The notes under the pieces: generated by a model
Told to the model about the DNA's origin: nothing
What the model saw: the letters and a program-made list of their open reading frames with translations, nothing else
Database searches by the model: none
Assembly (NCBI GenBank): GCA_965198115.1
Contig: OZ240241.1
Location: forward strand, 2,464,001 to 2,528,000
DNA from: Candidatus Latescibacterota bacterium
GTDB taxonomy: Bacteria; Latescibacterota; UBA2968
DNA length: 64,000 nucleotides
Reading direction: 5' to 3'
Translations under genes and position numbers: made by a program
Part shown: positions 62,989 to 64,000 of the stretch, one piece after another
Numbering within the stretch: position 1 is the stretch's first letter
Layout of the letters: every line of letters begins with the position of its first letter

Positions 62989-63225
62989 GTGAAATTGGAG
63001 ATCGAATACTGCGCGGCTTGAGGCTACGAAGAAAAAACCGTCAGTTTGACGGAACAGCTTCTCACGGCCTTCAAGCAAGACATCGAAGCGTTTACACTCA
63101 TCCCCTCCAGCGGGGGCCGTTTCGAAGTGACACTCGACGGCGACCTGATTTTCTCGAAGCTGGAGCAGGAGCGTTTTCCCGAGTTCGATGAGGTGGAGCC
63201 TCACCTCAAAAAGAAGGTCGCATAG
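62989..63225 (+). CDS. Rdx (SelW/SelT/SelH) family selenoprotein, CxxU
   Basis: AGGAGG RBS and GTG start; MKLEIEYCAA-U(TGA 63019)-GY..LIPSSGGRFEVTLDGDLIFSK..RFPE; hairpin at 63038-63052. Confidence 0.88.
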
Positions 63226-63226
63226 A

Positions 63227-63262
63227 AATCGCCCCCGGAGTCGAACAACTTCGGGGGCGATT
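63227..63262. terminator. Hairpin terminator between convergent Rdx and lon genes
   Basis: AATCGCCCCCGGAG-N8-CTTCGGGGGCGATT. Confidence 0.7.
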
Positions 63263-63301
63263 CACGTAGAGGCCGAATCGAATCCGATACCCGTGAGGTG
63301 T

Positions 63302-64000
63302 CTAATTCACGACAGCCGCCGGGGATCGAGTCTCTCTCGTGGGACGTGCCCTCGGTCGGGTGGGGGACCTCGTCTTTACCAGGGCCTGGTCGAGGACCTG
63401 TCCGACGTGCGCCGCAAACCGGACCTTCAGGCTCTTGCGCACGCTCTCCGGAACATCCTCTAAGTCCTTCCTGTTGTCCTCGGGTAAAATCAACGTCTTG
63501 ATCCCCGCTCGGTGTGCGGCGAGCACTTTGTCCCGCACACCCCCGATGGGGAGCACTTTTCCGCGAAGCGTGATCTCCCCCGTCATCGCCTCGTCCTTTC
63601 TGACGGGCCTGCCGGTATAAACCGATGCCAGGACGGTGGCCATCGTCACACCGGCCGAGGGTCCGTCTTTGGGAACGGCACCTGCCGGAACGTGCACGTG
63701 GACATCCGTATCCTCCCAGAAAACGCCCTCCAGTCCGAGCGATTCACCCTGCGATCGGATGTAGGTCATCGCCGCTTCCGACGACTCCTTCATCACGTCG
63801 CCGAGCTTTCCCATCAACTTCAGTCGACCGCGACCCGGCATCTTGGTCGCCTCCACGAAAAGCACATCGCCACCCACCGGCGTCCACGCCAGTCCCGCGA
63901 CCACACCCACCTCGTGTGACGACTCGGCCGATTCGTGTCTGAACCTGGGAGGGCCCAGGTAATCGGGCAGATCCGATTCCTTCACACGGACTCGCCGCCG
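63302..64000 (-). CDS. lon: Lon protease, C-terminal protease domain (partial)
   Basis: GLAWTPVGG, HVHVPAGAVPKDGPSAG, MTGEITLRGKVLPIGG. Confidence 0.95.
   Translation of the reverse strand, partial: RRRVRVKESDLPDYLGPPRFRHESAESSHEVGVVAGLAWTPVGGDVLFVEATKMPGRGRLKLMGKLGDVMKESSEAAMTYIRSQGESLGLEGVFWEDTDVHVHVPAGAVPKDGPSAGVTMATVLASVYTGRPVRKDEAMTGEITLRGKVLPIGGVRDKVLAAHRAGIKTLILPEDNRKDLEDVPESVRKSLKVRFAAHVGQVLDQALVKTRSPTRPRARPTRETRSPAAVVN

Overview
GC-rich bacterial chromosomal window. A Candidatus Latescibacterota-like organism is inferred from the PhyH/BNR/Gfo expansions, a DFxDF dockerin-like motif and flagellar genes. It is mostly catabolic and housekeeping genes: M28, M19 and M32 peptidases, three PhyH dioxygenases, MFS transporters, msrP, prpB/prpD, metH, nadD, bamD, cpoB, zapA and lon. 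There is a small flagellar cluster (fliC, fliN, fliL). Mobile elements are two near-identical ISL3 copies, an IS1380, an ISAzo13 and an IS3 relic. Many genes carry frameshifts or internal stops, from indel errors and/or real decay. The highlights are: (1) an 80-aa 'D0-only' mini-flagellin; (2) an orphan gene with a near-consensus sigma28 promoter and a flagellin-like C-terminus; (3) a ZMP/ZTP riboswitch with terminator ahead of metH and a DUF1015 gene; (4) a CxxU Rdx/SelW selenoprotein with a SECIS-like hairpin that the ORF track missed; (5) an IS1380 separating a sigma54 promoter from fliN; (6) two paralogous coiled-coil/TM microproteins with matching promoters, one split by ISL3. All family assignments come from motif recognition by eye, not database searches.
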